Assembly: GCA_950097015.1 (NCBI GenBank) | Contig: CATNEN010000011.1 | Location: 5,332,001-5,396,000 of the forward strand | DNA length: 64,000 bases | Reading direction: 5' to 3' | From: Macrostomum hystrix | Lineage: Eukaryota > Animalia > Platyhelminthes | Shown: positions 11,146 through 24,608 of the stretch, piece by piece | How the letters are laid out: each line of letters opens with the position of its first letter | How positions within the stretch are numbered: position 1 is the stretch's first letter | Program-made: the position numbers and the translations under genes | The notes under the pieces: generated by a model | What the model was told of the DNA's origin: nothing | What the model saw: the letters and a program-made list of their open reading frames with translations, nothing else | Databases searched by the model: none

Positions 11146-12578
11146 CTCGAACAAATACTAAAGGTGGCTTGTTTTTACCACGTTTCTGTCGGTCTTTAAT
11201 TGTGCAACGATAACCACAGGTCGATGACTTCTGTAATGCTGGCCCTGCTTCTTCCAACGCTGGAGGTATAATAAGAGGGCCATAAAAAGAAAAGAGAAAA
11301 AAATTTATATCGAATGGAATAGGCGCCTGCGTGATACGGCCTTACCCCGGGGCCGCCAGCCAATGGCGGAGACCCTCCACCATAAAGGCTAGTGCGGTGT
11401 GTAATAGGGGGTAGAAGGGTACAATTATGTGTTTAGCGGCCCTTACCTGTCCTTCCACACAAATTCTTATCTGTCTGCGTGTGCGAGGCAGGCCGAGCCA
11501 CCCCACCTCCGCGGGCTAAACAAGCAGTTAGTTAGCATGAGCTAAATGCGAGCTGGGCTGTCTGAGGCTGCGAACAATGCAAATTAGTTTAGATGTGTAT
11601 TGCACAATTGACACCAGCTAGCCCCAACCCTTCGTGGCGTTGGCTCGCCGAATACTTCAGAAAATAATACTAAATAAGTGGTGCCTGGAAGAGCGATAAA
11701 GTAAAACAATAATATGTCATTGTCTTTCAAATTCTGGTTTATAAAGAAAAAGATGGAGGACTCAAGATGACAAGATTAGACCAGTTGGAGTCTAGTTCTG
11801 ACCAGTTATTGTTTGTAGCTGCAAGCAAAGGTGCGAGTTATAGCTGCCTAAGATAAATTATTCCATAACCTAACAGTAATAGGTAAATAGCACGGTCTTT
11901 ATACTGTTAATTAAGAGTTCATTTTAACCTAAACTTAATTTATCTCTGTGTTCTCTAAGGTTCTCATACCCCTTTTAGGTTTTACTATAAACTATAGAAA
12001 GACAGTAACAGACAAAATGATGATTACGGTCGCTCGCTTTATCCAACTTATTTTAGTCTCTGTTCATTTATGGTTGTTTACGAAGGCCGGTTAAGGTCAG
12101 GTGTTCTTTGCTTGGTCTTGGGTGCACTCACTATTGATGTCCTTGTTGAAAACTCAGGCACGTATCAATAAATAGAGGCTTTGCAGTTATAACAAGGAAA
12201 TTATTCATTCAGTGCTTACAGGTGAAATGGTATTGAAATGAAATTCCTGCAGTAAGTTTGTTTCGCGGACTAAAATAAAACAGCTGACATTACTAAATGT
12301 TTTATACTGCCTTGTTTGTTTATTTAAGCATGTAGAGTAAGATTCAGTCGCTAGAAGATTATAACGCTTGATAATATACTTGATTTGGGACAGCAGGGCA
12401 TTCAATTTGGACATATGAATGTTGATAGGGGGAACGCATAGGGGTACATAGGACAAGCACAACGCGAGACTTCACCTATGTCTATGGCAGAACTTACTTC
12501 ATAATTCCCTTCTGTCTAGCGGTGAACGTTTTTCTCGATATAATGGTATAGTGATTGTGTCCAAATTGAATAGATAGC

Positions 12579-12760
12579 TGTCCCAAATAGAAAGCCCGCG
12601 TGTGCCTTTTCTACCATAGACAGACTGGGCTGAGTGGAATGAGTGGGTTCCTAACCCATGTCCCAAATAGAAAGCCAGCGTGTGCCTTTTCTACCATAGA
12701 CAGACTGGGCTGAGTGGAATGAGTGGGTTCCTAACCCATGTCCAAATTGAAAGCCCGCTG
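12579..12760. repeat. 80-bp direct duplication
   Basis: TGTCCCAAATAGAAAGCC...CCTAACCCA at 12579 and 12659, plus a partial third copy. Confidence 0.9.
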
Positions 12761-12859
12761 TACCAAATAGAACGCAAACAGCTATACTATTCAAGAATAA
12801 CTAGCATCTCGTACTAGGCCAGAAATGATATTTATCGCTAGGGTTCCTTATGTGTGACT

Positions 12860-13155
12860 CCTTATGGATATATTCTTATGGATATAATTTTATTGATATA
12901 TTCTTATGGATAGATTCTCATGGATGGTTTTCTCATGGATGGTTTCTCATGAATGGTTTCTCATGGATGGTTTCTCATAGAATGGTTCTAATGGATAGAT
13001 TCTTATGGATGGTTTCTCATGGATGGTTTCTCATGGATGGTTTCTCATGGATGGTTTCTTATGGATGGTTTCTCATGGATGGTTTCTCATGGATGGTTTC
13101 TCATGGATGGTTTCTCATGGATGGTTTCTCATGGATGGTTTCTTGTGGATGGATT
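12860..13155. repeat. 14-bp minisatellite (GGATGGTTTCTCAT)
   Basis: Tandem units; ORFs show 14-aa periodicity. Confidence 0.9.
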
Positions 13156-13464
13156 TTTTAAGGCAATGCTTCTAAGGCAAAGAGTGCAATTTGCACTTTT
13201 TGTGAAAGGCTTATCGAAGGACAGCGAACGCACCACCATGGCTGTCTGGGAAAGTGCACTGCTGTGCAAGTATCGTTTCTTACCTTTGCTTTTAGCTATT
13301 CCTTTCCTCCGCAATACCTACTGTGTCTACATCTCTTTCGCTTTCTTGCTCTGCCCTCTCTTTTGCGCTGCTGATTGTGCACTTAAATTTCGCCTACGTC
13401 TTCGAGCGCACGCGAGTGTTGCGAATTGACATTTTTACAGTCAACGTACTAATCAATCAATTAA

Positions 13465-13490
13465 TCTATCTATCTATCTATCTATCTATG

Positions 13491-13540
<50 letters not shown>

Positions 13541-13541
13541 G

Positions 13542-13633
<92 letters not shown>

Positions 13634-13648
13634 ATCTATCTATCTATC
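13465..13648. repeat. (TATC)n microsatellite
   Basis: Direct inspection. Confidence 0.98.
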
Positions 13649-14171
13649 ATCCTTCATGTAGTTGAATGACTGATCCATCTAATCTTAGCAGTAGGTATTA
13701 ATAATTTTCTTTGCTATCTTCCTTATATTTAGTTTTTAAAAAATTACAGCGACGACGCGGCGTGTAAACAAGTTAATGGACGACCAGGGGATGTGGTGAG
13801 AGAGAATGTGAAAGACAGAGAGGCAGAGAGCAAAGTGATGTGCTTTAATTTTGCCCAATAGTTTTGCCCAATAATTCAAAACAATAGTTTTGAATCAGTC
13901 ATGCCATGCAGCTTTTGTACGCCAACGTAAACAGTTATGAATGTGTTTCTGACCGCTTGACCTGCTAAAATATTTCAGGGCTTTGACCCGCTGGTCAAAA
14001 TTTTTCACTTTCAGTCAGCTTTTAAACTAGTTTGCTGTAGTGAGCTTTGAGAACTCGTTACAAAAATTGTTGAATTTTTCTCATTGCTTGTCACTTTGAG
14101 TGTGTGTTTACATATGTGTGAAGGTCACTGACTGTCCTCATGTTAATTTTTAGAGGCCTACGACTTAAAGG

Positions 14172-14412
14172 CTGGACTGGAGGAGGGTGAGATTGGACTG
14201 GAGGAAGGTGAGATTGGACTGGAGGAAGGTGAGATTGGACTGGAGGAAGGTGAGATTGGACTGGAGGTAGGTGAGATTGGAGTGGAGGAAGGTGAGATTG
14301 GAGTGGGGGAAGGTGAGATTGGAGTGGAGGAAGGTGAGATTGGACTGGAGGAAGATGAGATTGGACTGCAGTAAGGTGAGATTGGACTGGAGGAAGGTCA
14401 CATTGGACTGGA
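14172..14412. repeat. 21-bp minisatellite (GGAGGAAGGTGAGATTGGACT)
   Basis: About 11 tandem units. Confidence 0.95.
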
Positions 14413-14844
14413 ATAATGTATGTAGTGGATGAGGTAAAAATAAATATGGAATTATTATCCGCAACATGCTACTCATTAATTCATCAATAGTATTCGAGCT
14501 GGCAAAAGCTGATAAAACCTAGAATCTAGCGAGACACATCGATTCAGTTTGTTATTGCTCTACCGGAAAGAAATCAGTGCTGCTGGTGGTGTTGACGTTG
14601 GAGCAAATGTGATTTTTTCAGCTTCCTGTGTGAGACGCGGGCAAACAAAGTATCTGTTCGTGAAAAAATGGGTGGAAATGTGCCTCTTGCTCCTAAATTT
14701 GCCGGGAAAATGATTTGTATTAAAACCTATATTTTTTCATCGTCAACTTGTAAATTCTACCAAATATTGTCGATCGGACTGGGAATTATTTTAGGCTTTT
14801 ATGTCGTACAGATTTTAATACTTCTGGTCCAGAGTGGTTTTGTA

Positions 14845-16640
14845 CAGACTTTTGCACAGATTAGACTTTGTACAGATTAGACTTTGTACAGATTAGACTT
14901 GTACAGATTGGCTTTTTTTCAGATTGAATTTTGTACAGATTGTGTTTTGTACAGATTCAATTTTGTACAGATTGTGTTTTGTACAGATTGAATTTTGTAC
15001 AGATTGTGTTTTGTACAGATTGTGTTTTGTACAGATTGTGTTTTGTACAGATTGTGTTTTATACAGATTGAATTTTGTACAGATTGTGTTTTGTACAGAT
15101 TGAATTTTGTACAGATTGTGTTTTGTACAGATTGTGTTTTATACAGATTGTGTTTTATACAGATTGTGTTTTGTACAGATTGTGTTTTATACAGATTGAA
15201 TTTTGTACAGATTGTGTTTTGTACAGATTGAATTTTGTACAGATTGTGTTTTGTAAAGATTGTGTTTTGTACAGATTGTGTTTTGTACAGATTGAATTTT
15301 GTACAGATTGTGTTTTGTACAGATTGTGTTTTGTACAGATTGTGTTTTGTACAGATTGAATTTTGTACAGATTGTGTTTTGTACAGATTGTGTTTTGTAC
15401 AGATTCAATTTTGTACAGATTGTGTTTTGTACAGATTGAATTTTGTACAGATTGTGTTTTGTACAGATTGTGTTTTGTACAGATTGTGTTTTGTACAGAT
15501 TGTGTTTTGTACAGATTGAATTTTGTACAGATTGTGTTTTGTAAAGATTGTGTTTTGTACAGATTGTGTTTTGTACAGATTGAATTTTGTACAGATTGTG
15601 TTTTGTACAGATTGTGTTTTGTACAGATTGTGTTTTGTACAGATTGTGTTTTGTACAGATTGTGTTTTGTAGAGATTGTGTTTTGTACAGATTGTGTTTT
15701 GTACAGATTGTGTTTTGTACAGATTGTGTTTTGTACAGATTGTGTTTTGTACAGATTGTGTTTTGTACAGATTGTGTTTTGTACAGATTGTGTTTTGTAC
15801 AGATTGTGTTTTGTACAGATTGAATTTTGTACAGATTGTGTTTTGTACAGATTGTGTTTTGTACAGATTGTGTTTTGTACAGATTGTGTTTTGTACAGAT
15901 TGTGTTTTGTACAGATTGTGTTTTGTACAGATTGTGTTTTGTACAGATTGTGTTTTGTACAGATTGGATTTTGTACAGATTGTGTTTTGTACAGATTGTG
16001 TTTTGTACAGATTGTGTTTTGTACAGATTGTGTTTTATACAGATTGAATTTTGTACAGATTGTGTTTTGTACAGATTGAATTTTGTACAGATTGTGTTTT
16101 GTAAAGATTGAATTTTGTACAGATTGTGTTTTGTACAGATTGGATTTTGTACAGATTGTGTTTTGTAAAGATTGAATTTTGTACAGATTGTGTTTTGTAC
16201 AGATTGTGTTTTGTAAAGATTGTGTTTTGTACAGATTGTGTTTTGTACAGATTGTGTTTTGTAAAGATTGAATTTTGTACAGATTGTGTTTTGTACAGAT
16301 TGGATTTTGTACAGATTGTGTTTTGTACAGATTGGCTTTTTTCAGATTGAATTTTGTACAGATTGTGTTTTGTACAGATTGGATTTTGTACAGATTGTGT
16401 TTTGTACAGATTGGCTTTTTTCAGATTGAATTTTGTACAGATTGTGTTTTGTACTGATTGGCTTTTTTCAGATTGAATTTTGTACAGATTGTGTTTTGTA
16501 CAGATTGTGTTTTGTACAGATTGTGTTTTGTACAGATTGTGTTTTGTACTGATTGGCTTTTGTACAGATTGTGTTTTGTACAGATTGTGTTTTGTACAGA
16601 TTGTGTTTTGTACAGATTGGCTTTTGTACAGATTGAATTT
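14845..16640. repeat. 16-bp satellite array (GATTGTGTTTTGTACA and variants)
   Basis: About 110 units; the many overlapping ORFs with 16-aa period are artefacts. Confidence 0.98.
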
Positions 16641-17007
16641 GTTCCTTTTTGTATGTTGCGCAGATTGTACGAAATATCAATTTCTTTCTACAGTACAAGG
16701 GAGCACGCTGGTAAACCATTGGGTTATGGGAGGTTGGAAGTTCGGTTTAGAAAATTGAAATCTAAGGCTGCGCCACTGGTTTGACATGGGCCCAGCTAGG
16801 CTAGGTTTCTTCTTTCTCTACAGATTAGATTTTGCTGAGATTGGATTCTGTTCAGATTGGATATTTCACTGTACTTCTTGAAGTGATTGTACCTGTTTTT
16901 TCGTCAGAAAACGAATCTAATCGAATCGCATGCGATTTCCACTGATTAGATGCGACAGTGTAATAATACTTATAATAAAAACTATAATAATATTAAATAA
17001 GTAAGGC

Positions 17008-17249
17008 ACACGGAGACCGTACGCAGGCACACGCTCACACAGGTGTGTACATCTGCCCTGACTTTCTCATCATCAGGCAGTGTACACTCTCACTGTGCCT
17101 TGGAGGTTCGCCCATAAAGGGCGTAAATTGCGAGACAAGCCCCCAAGCCTTCTCTCCGCGGCTGCGCCCCGAATGAATGTGGCCTCGCCGCGGAATCGAG
17201 TTCAGGGACCTTGGTAGAATGCGTTTGACCGCTTTGCCACTCACTCGCC
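17008..17249 (-). mobile_element. tRNA-derived SINE, family A
   Basis: Minus strand carries A-box TGGCAAAGCGG and B-box-like GAACTCGATTCC. Body motifs GCAGCCGCGGAGAGAAGGCTTGGGG, CTCCAAGG and CTGCCTGA-N-GAGAAAGTCAGG are shared with other copies. Confidence 0.8.
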
Positions 17250-17841
17250 ATGCACCAGTATTATAGTTGTCAGCTGTTATCACAGAGCCTTCCCCACTCG
17301 GAGTCAAGGTCAGTCGGACACTTTTATCCTAATTTGCCATCCGCATTTCACCTAAAGGCACCGGCCAGCTGCAAGGTGGCGTCAAATCCGTGACTGCTCG
17401 AGTTCACTGAGGACACTCTCCTTTCCTTTCGTCTCTACCCGATTTCTCCCGGTAGTTGAAGGCGGTAATTTTCCGAGATATCCCTTATTTAAATCAGCTT
17501 CTCAAGTGGTACAGGAGGAAGGGCCAGTTACCCCCCCCCCTAGTCTGTTCCCTTCACCCCAGGTGAACCTGACCGATCTCTGACGAATGTAGCCTCTGAC
17601 AACCGTAGCCAATTGTAGATGGCTAGATAGAGACACAATAAATATAGGCCAGTGTGCAATACATGGTTTATCAGTTGCAGATTCATCATAGACTTCTGTA
17701 TATACTCAAGTCGTCCCATCTCATTGAGAAATTGTTATCTTCAAAGTTGATTCCTAGCTTGCATATTTTGTATTCACACTTATAAAACTACAATTTTTTT
17801 AGAGAAGGGCAAACAGGTAAGCAGCTACACTATAGCGAAAA

Positions 17842-18200
17842 ATGGTCCCTACGCTTGAGCAGCACCAGTACGTTGCTAACAGGATCTATCAGGTGTACCT
17901 GAGCATTCTGCTATTCGGAGGCCTAGCGGGCCACACCTTGTCTGTGTTAGTATTCGCCAGATTTCGCAGCATCGCCAGCGTCAACACCAGGCGGTTTTTT
18001 ATCTGCCTGTCGATAGCCGATGCTGCGGTCCTACTGACAGCCGTTCTGCGCTACTGGCTGCTGCTGCTGTTCAAGCTGGACATTCGCATTGGCAGCCAGG
18101 CTGCCTGCCTCATTCACACATTCGCCGTGTACCTGTTTGGCGACCTGGCTCTGTGGCTGCTAGTGCTACTGTCTGTGATTAGACTGCTGTCTATTCTCAG
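17842..18200 (+). CDS. Rhodopsin-like (class A) GPCR, exon 1 (TM1-3)
   Basis: GLAGHTLSVLVF (TM1), FFICLSIADAAVLL (LAxxD, TM2), LLVLLSVIRLLSI (degenerate DRY). Donor AG|GTGAGA at 18200, phase 2. Confidence 0.85.
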
Positions 18201-18439
18201 GTGAGAATGATTATCACCATTAACATTCTTGGGCACTGCAGCCCCTCAAGCCTTCTCTCCGCGGCAGCTATCCAAATTAAAATCTTTTAAAATCTTTGAG
18301 AAGATCAAAGCTATACAAATCGTAAAAAAATCTACTTTTATATTTATTTGTCGGCAATTAATTACCAGTTTTTAATCCTTAAAGAATTCATTCCTGGACT
18401 TTAAGAAGTCCACTGTAGCTTTAGGCCATAGACAATATC

Positions 18440-18665
18440 ACCTGTTCAATTAGTACGAATACCTGTTAATTGAACGGACACCTGTTCAATTAGAATGGAC
18501 ACCTGTTTAATCAGAATGGACACCTGTTTGATTAGAATGGACACCTGTTTGATTAGAATGGACACCTGTTTAATCAGAATGGACACCTGTTTGATTAGAA
18601 TGGACACCTGTTTGATTAGAATGGACACCTGTTCGATTAAAATGGACACCTGTTCTATCAAAACG
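18440..18665. repeat. 21-bp minisatellite (AATGGACACCTGTTTGATTAG) in GPCR intron 1
   Basis: About 10 units. Confidence 0.95.
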
Positions 18666-18802
18666 GGCACTTTAAGATACATTTGTCAACAACAATTAAA
18701 GGACGTTTTTCTTAAAGTATTCGTTTCTGGAACTGCACTGTAGGTTTAGGCCATAGACAAAACCCGAGAGTGGGCTAGAAAAACTGCTTGAAAATTCCAC
18801 AG

Positions 18803-19163
18803 ACCTACCTGGCGGAAGCCGCACACGTCGCCAAGTTTTGTGCCAGTCCTGGTGGCTCTGCTCACCGCAGCCTCATTGGCCAGAAACTGGCCTCTGCTGG
18901 TCTACCTGCGCCTCATACCGGCGACCTCGGCTTCGGCATCAAAGAACGACACCGACTCTCGACCGCAGGCATCCAGCCAGAAGCCGTCCTGTGACTTCGC
19001 CGATGCCGTCACCAACGGCGCCTTCACTGTGGCCGACTTTGTAGTTTACAGCGCGGTGCCCTGCTGCCTGCTGACTGCTTGCAACATCGGCCTGGCCGTC
19101 CTTCTGTACAGGGCTGCCGTCAGCAGGCGCGCTCAGTTTGGAACTGGAACCGCAGCCACCGCC
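18803..19163 (+). CDS. GPCR exon 2 (TM4-5)
   Basis: Acceptor CCACAG at 18802 joins exon 1 in frame (R-P-T-W). TM5 DFVVYSAVPCCLLTACNIGL. Donor GCC|GTGAGC, phase 0. Confidence 0.8.
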
Positions 19164-19204
19164 GTGAGCTGCTACAATTCTGCTCAGATTCTCAAGAGTC
19201 ATTT

Positions 19205-19690
19205 TCTCGTTCAGAGAGTCATTTTCTGATTGACTGATTGAGAGAGTCATTTTCTGATTGAGAGAGTCATTTTCTGATTCAGAGTCATTTTCTCATTCAG
19301 AGAGTCATTTTCTCATTCAGACAGTCATTTTCTGATTCAGAGTCATTTTCTCATTCAGAGAGTCATTTTCTCATTCAGAGAGTCATTTTCTGATTGAGAG
19401 AGTCATTTTCTGATTCAGAGAGTCATTTTCTGATTCAGAGAGTCATTTTCTGATTGAGAGAGTCATTTTCTGATTGAGAGAGTCATTTTCTGATTCAGAG
19501 AGTCATTTTCTGATTCAGAGAGTCATTTTCTGATTGAGAGAGTCATTTTCTCATTCAGAGAGTCATTTTCTCATTCAGAGAGTCATTTTCTCATTCAGAG
19601 AGTCATTTTCTCATTCAGAGAGTCATTTTCTCATTCAGAGAGTCATTTTTTTCATTCAGAGAGTCATTTTCTCATTCAGAGAGTCATTTA
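19205..19690. repeat. 20-bp minisatellite (TCAGAGAGTCATTTTCTCAT)
   Basis: Tandem units in GPCR intron 2. Confidence 0.95.
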
Positions 19691-20599
19691 TCCTATTCCT
19701 TCCGTCTTTTTAGCATTCCAAATTTCTAATTGTATTATTTGCTTTTTTATTTTCTGCATCATTTAAGAAGTCTATAGTCTGTATTCTTGTTGCCACCATT
19801 CTGCTGCTTTCGTACTAATAATTATGCAGCAGAGAAATTGCTAGCCTACGAGTATTCACATGCATACAATTTCAAGTATAGACGCGACAATGGGACAAGT
19901 ACACTAAAAACTATTGCTGCTGCTGTTGCTGCTGCCACTGTAGCTCTACCTGGGGCTAGGCATGGTAAACATTGTGACATAAAATACGAATAGCTGTTTA
20001 ACCTACTATTTGCCTACAGGCAAATAGACTTTTTGTGGCTCTGCTTTTGGGACCATTGTAATCGAATCTGTCTGAGGAATAATCCTAATAGTTTGTATTA
20101 GCAATGGAGCTTCTGCAGAGAAACAGATTTTAGTAAACTCAGACGGGTTATACCATTGGATTATATGCATATATTTCTAAGCTCTGACTAGAAAATTCTG
20201 AAATTTCCAGGTAGATGTCAGGCCTTACTCTCAGGGTATACATTTTAATTAACTGATTCAACAATTTTCATTTTTTCCCAGTCCGAATTCAACAGCTATT
20301 TCACCGCCAAAGAGATTTTAAATTCGCGATTCATAATTTCTTTTTTTTCTTCAAAAAGCCAGCTAGGCAAAAAAAAATTTTTGAAAATAAAACGGGCCAC
20401 TTAATAACTCCTTTGTTGGGCGCAACCACATGCTTGTGTCACAGGAATCGAGCCACTCCCCCTCGACCTTCACTTAGATGCCTGTTGCTGGCCTCACTTT
20501 CACATGAATTTGTCACTCAAATCTGTCTTGCATTCACTCGTGCTTCCCTACTATCATCTATTTTATTAGGTTTTCACCTATTTTCTTCTCTTTACGGCC

Positions 20600-21595
20600 T
20601 ATATTCTGTACTATATCCTCTCTCCTCTCTTCTCTCCTCTCTGCTATCTTCTCTCTCCTATCTCCTCTCTCCTATCCCCTATATCCTATCTCCTATCTCC
20701 TATCTCGTATATCCTCTCTCCTATCTCCTCTCTCCTATATCCTATCTCCTCTCTCCTATCTCCTATCTCCTCTCTCTGCTATCTCCTCTCTCCTCTCTCC
20801 CACTCTCTCTCTCCCTCTCTCCCTATCTCCTCTCTCCTATATCCTCTCCTCTCTCCTATCTCCTATCTCCTATCTCCTATCCCCTATATCCTATCTCCTA
20901 TCTCCTATATCCTCTCTCCTATCTCCTCTCTCCTATATCCTCTCTCCTATATCCTCTCTCCTCTCTCCTATCTCCTATCTCCTATCTCCTATATCCTCTC
21001 TCCTATCCCCTATATCCTATCTCCTATCTCCTATCTCCTATCTCCTCTCTCCTATATCCTCTCTCCTATATCCTCTCTCCTATATCCTCTCTCCTCTCTC
21101 CTATCTCCTATCTCCTATCTCCTATATCCTCTCTCCTATCCCCTATATCCTATCTCCTATCTCCTATCTCCTATATCCTCTCTCCTATCTCCTATCTCCA
21201 ATCTCCTATATCCTCTCTCCTATCCCCTATATCCTATCTCCTATCTCCTATCTCCTCTCTCCTATATCCTCTCCTCTCTCCTATCTCCTATCTCCTATCT
21301 CCTATCCCCTATATCCTATCTCCTATCTCCTATATCCTCTCTCCTATCTCCTCTCTCCTATATCCTCTCTCCTATATCCTCTCTCCTCTCTCCTATCTCC
21401 TATCTCCAATCTCCTATATCCTCTCTCCTATCCCCTATATCCTATCTCCTATCTCCTATCTCCTATATCCTCTCTCCTATCTCCTCTCTCCTATCTCCCT
21501 CTCTCTGCTATCTCCTCTCTCCTCTCTCCTATCTCCTATCTCCTATCTCCTCTCTCCTATATCCTCTCTCCTATCTCCTCTCTTCTCCACCTCTC
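20600..21595. repeat. Nearly G-free C/T/A simple repeat (7-bp ATCTCCT-type units)
   Basis: Direct inspection; the 396-aa L/S/P/Y ORF is an artefact. Confidence 0.95.
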
Positions 21596-21726
21596 TGCCT
21601 TAGTCTATTGTTCTCACAGACTTTCGCCCTGGTAAAACCACAATTTTACTGAACTTTTGACAAGCCTTTGCCACAAGCCTCTAAAAATAATTTTATAACC
21701 TAAAAAAGTTTTCGTCAATTTTTCAG

Positions 21727-22035
21727 TCAAACGAAGAATCGGAAGCTCAAAGCAGATCAGGCAGCCAGATGGTCCTGATCCTATCCGCTTTCTACCTGTG
21801 CTCAAATCTGCCAACCATCGGCTTCTCGGCGTTGAATTCGGTATTAAATGGCAATCTGGGCATTGACCCGGCAGTGGCAAATTTGTTAGAACAGTACCTG
21901 GTGATGTTCCACTTCAGCGCCAACGGCACCAGTTTCCTGTTCTATTGCTCGTTTAACGCCAACTTTCGCAAGTGCTTGCGCCGACTTGCCGCGTGCCGAT
22001 CTGCAACTGGATCTGTGCAGCCTCTGGTGCCGTAG
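21727..22035 (+). CDS. GPCR exon 3 (TM6-7 and C-tail)
   Basis: Acceptor TTTTCAG at 21726, phase 0. TM6 MVLILSAFYLCSNLP, TM7 SANGTSFLFYCSFNANFRKCL. The spliced product is 342 aa. Confidence 0.8.
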   Translation, partial: SNEESEAQSRSGSQMVLILSAFYLCSNLPTIGFSALNSVLNGNLGIDPAVANLLEQYLVMFHFSANGTSFLFYCSFNANFRKCLRRLAACRSATGSVQPLVP

Positions 22036-23150
22036 ACACCTGTTCCATTGTTGTGGACACCTGTTCCATTATATGGACACCTGTTCCATTGGTGTGGACA
22101 CCTGTTCCATTATATGGACACCTGTTCCATTGTTGTGGACACCTGTTCCATTTGTGTGGACACCTTTTCCATTATATGGACACCTGTTCCATTATATGGA
22201 TACCTGTTCTATTATATGGACACCTGTTCCATTATATGGACACCTTTTCCATTGTTGTGGACACCTGTTCCATTTGTGTGGACACCTGTTCCATTATATG
22301 GACACCTGTTCCATTATATGGACACCTGTTCCATTATATGGACACCTGTTCCATTATATGGACACCTTGTTCCATTTGTGTGGACACCTGTTCCATTGGT
22401 GTGAACACCTGTTCCATTGGTGTGGACACCTGATCCATTGTTCTGGGCACCTGTTCCATTGGTGTGAACACCTGTTCCATTATATGGACACCTTGTTCCA
22501 TTATATGGACACCTGTTCCGTCGTTGTTGACACCTGTTTTATTAGTGTGGACACCTGTGCCATTTGTGTGGACACCTGTGCCATTTGTGTGGATACCTGT
22601 TCCATTTGTGTGGACACCTGTTCCATTTTTGTGGATACCTGTTCCATTTGTGTGGACACCTGTTCCATTTGTGTGGACACCTGTTCCATTGGTGTGGACA
22701 CCTGATCCATTGTTTTGGGCACCTGTTCCATTGAGATGTGAACACCTGTTCCATTATATGGACACCTTGTTCCATTATATGGACACCTGTTCCGTCGTTG
22801 TGGACACCTGTTTTATTAGTGTGGACACCTGTTCCATTTGTGTGGACACCTGTGCCATTTATGTGGACACCTGTTCCATTTGTGTGGACACCTGTTCCAT
22901 TTTGTGGATACCTGTTCCATTTGTGTGGACACCTGTTCCATTTGTGTGGACACCTGTTCCATTTGTGTGGATACCTGTTCCATTTGTGTGGACACCTGTT
23001 CCATTTGTGTGGACACCTGTTCCATTTGTGTGGACACCTGTTCCATTTGTGTGGACACCTGTTCCATTTGTGTGGACACCAGTTCCATTGGATGGGCACC
23101 TGTTTGACGGGGATCCAGACACCTGTTTAACTGGGGACTAAGACACCTGT
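22036..23150. repeat. 20-21 bp minisatellite (GTGGACACCTGTTCCATTTGT)
   Basis: About 50 units, starting at the GPCR stop codon. Confidence 0.97.
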
Positions 23151-23902
23151 AAAATAGGGTTTAGACAAATTTCAGTGGGTACAGTTATTGATACCTGACA
23201 GATTCCGATAGAAATGAGTTTCATTCGTAGTTAGCATACACAGCTATTATTATAATTAGATTTTAGAGGTTGAATTAACATCAATATTATTTTTTTTCTT
23301 CGTCCTCATAAATTTGTCACACTTTTTTTGCACATTTGAACCCTCGAAAAAAATATTTGTGTTTTTCTATTTTGTTTTCTGACCTGATTTGCTTGAAGAG
23401 CTGTTAAGTTATATCAGCGATTTGTAATAAAAAATAGCTGTTAAATTTGTTGTAATCCGCAGTAAAAATATGTTATTTTATATCCATTTGTATATCTGTT
23501 GAGTTCCTTATATAGAAAGTTTCACTGTGACCTTCATTTGTCATCTTTCACCACGCACAAGAGTATGCTTGCAAACATTGATCGCCAGTGTATTCAGGTT
23601 GAGAAGTTTTTCTGTTTTCTAAGAAATAGGTTGTGTGGCTTTACACGTTTTTTTCTGTTTGCCTCCAAATTGCTTTAAATGGCAGAGAATTTTCTTAAAG
23701 TTGTAGCACTTTTTTTCTTATTTGTACCAAAGCGACAAGATTTGTGAAAAGTTTCACATTTTGAAAATTGAAACATTTGAATTGGTGTTTTCTAGTTGTT
23801 GTATCTAAATACTTCACTTTGTGTCTTTTGATACAGGTGACAAATAAATAGCCGAAAGTCGTGCCCTCAAACGACCTTGGGGTTTTATCACGATATTAAA
23901 TC

Positions 23903-23962
<60 letters not shown>

Positions 23963-23979
23963 CGATAGATAGATAGATC

Positions 23980-24010
<31 letters not shown>

Positions 24011-24011
24011 C

Positions 24012-24094
<83 letters not shown>

Positions 24095-24095
24095 C

Positions 24096-24166
<71 letters not shown>

Positions 24167-24198
24167 CGATCGATAGATAGATAGATAGATAGATAGAT
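23903..24198. repeat. (GATA)n microsatellite
   Basis: Direct inspection. Confidence 0.98.
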
Positions 24199-24472
24199 AT
24201 AGAAAGCGAGAAAGAGCGAGCGAAGCGAGCTCTTTCGAGCTTGCTTGCCGCAGCCAATCACGCTGAATGCACGCACACAAGATCACCGGAAACGATTAAG
24301 GCAGCTGGAAAGCCAATGGGCGCGGTAAGCGCTTTTATCCAGAGGAACTACCATCTGGAACCAGCCTATGCCGTACAAAAACCAGACTACTCAAGCACTA
24401 GTGCAAATGAATGCTTGCCACTACCGAGAAGCCTAATTTTCGTAACCGCTCCGGTGCAGGTCCTGGCACCGG

Positions 24473-24608
<136 letters not shown>

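Noticed and set aside
17055-17080. Hammerhead-like CTGA(T/C)GA...GAAA inside SINE family A
   Set aside because: Only 3 nt separate the two core motifs (no stem II), stems I and III cannot be drawn, and the CTGA is used in an alternative hairpin.
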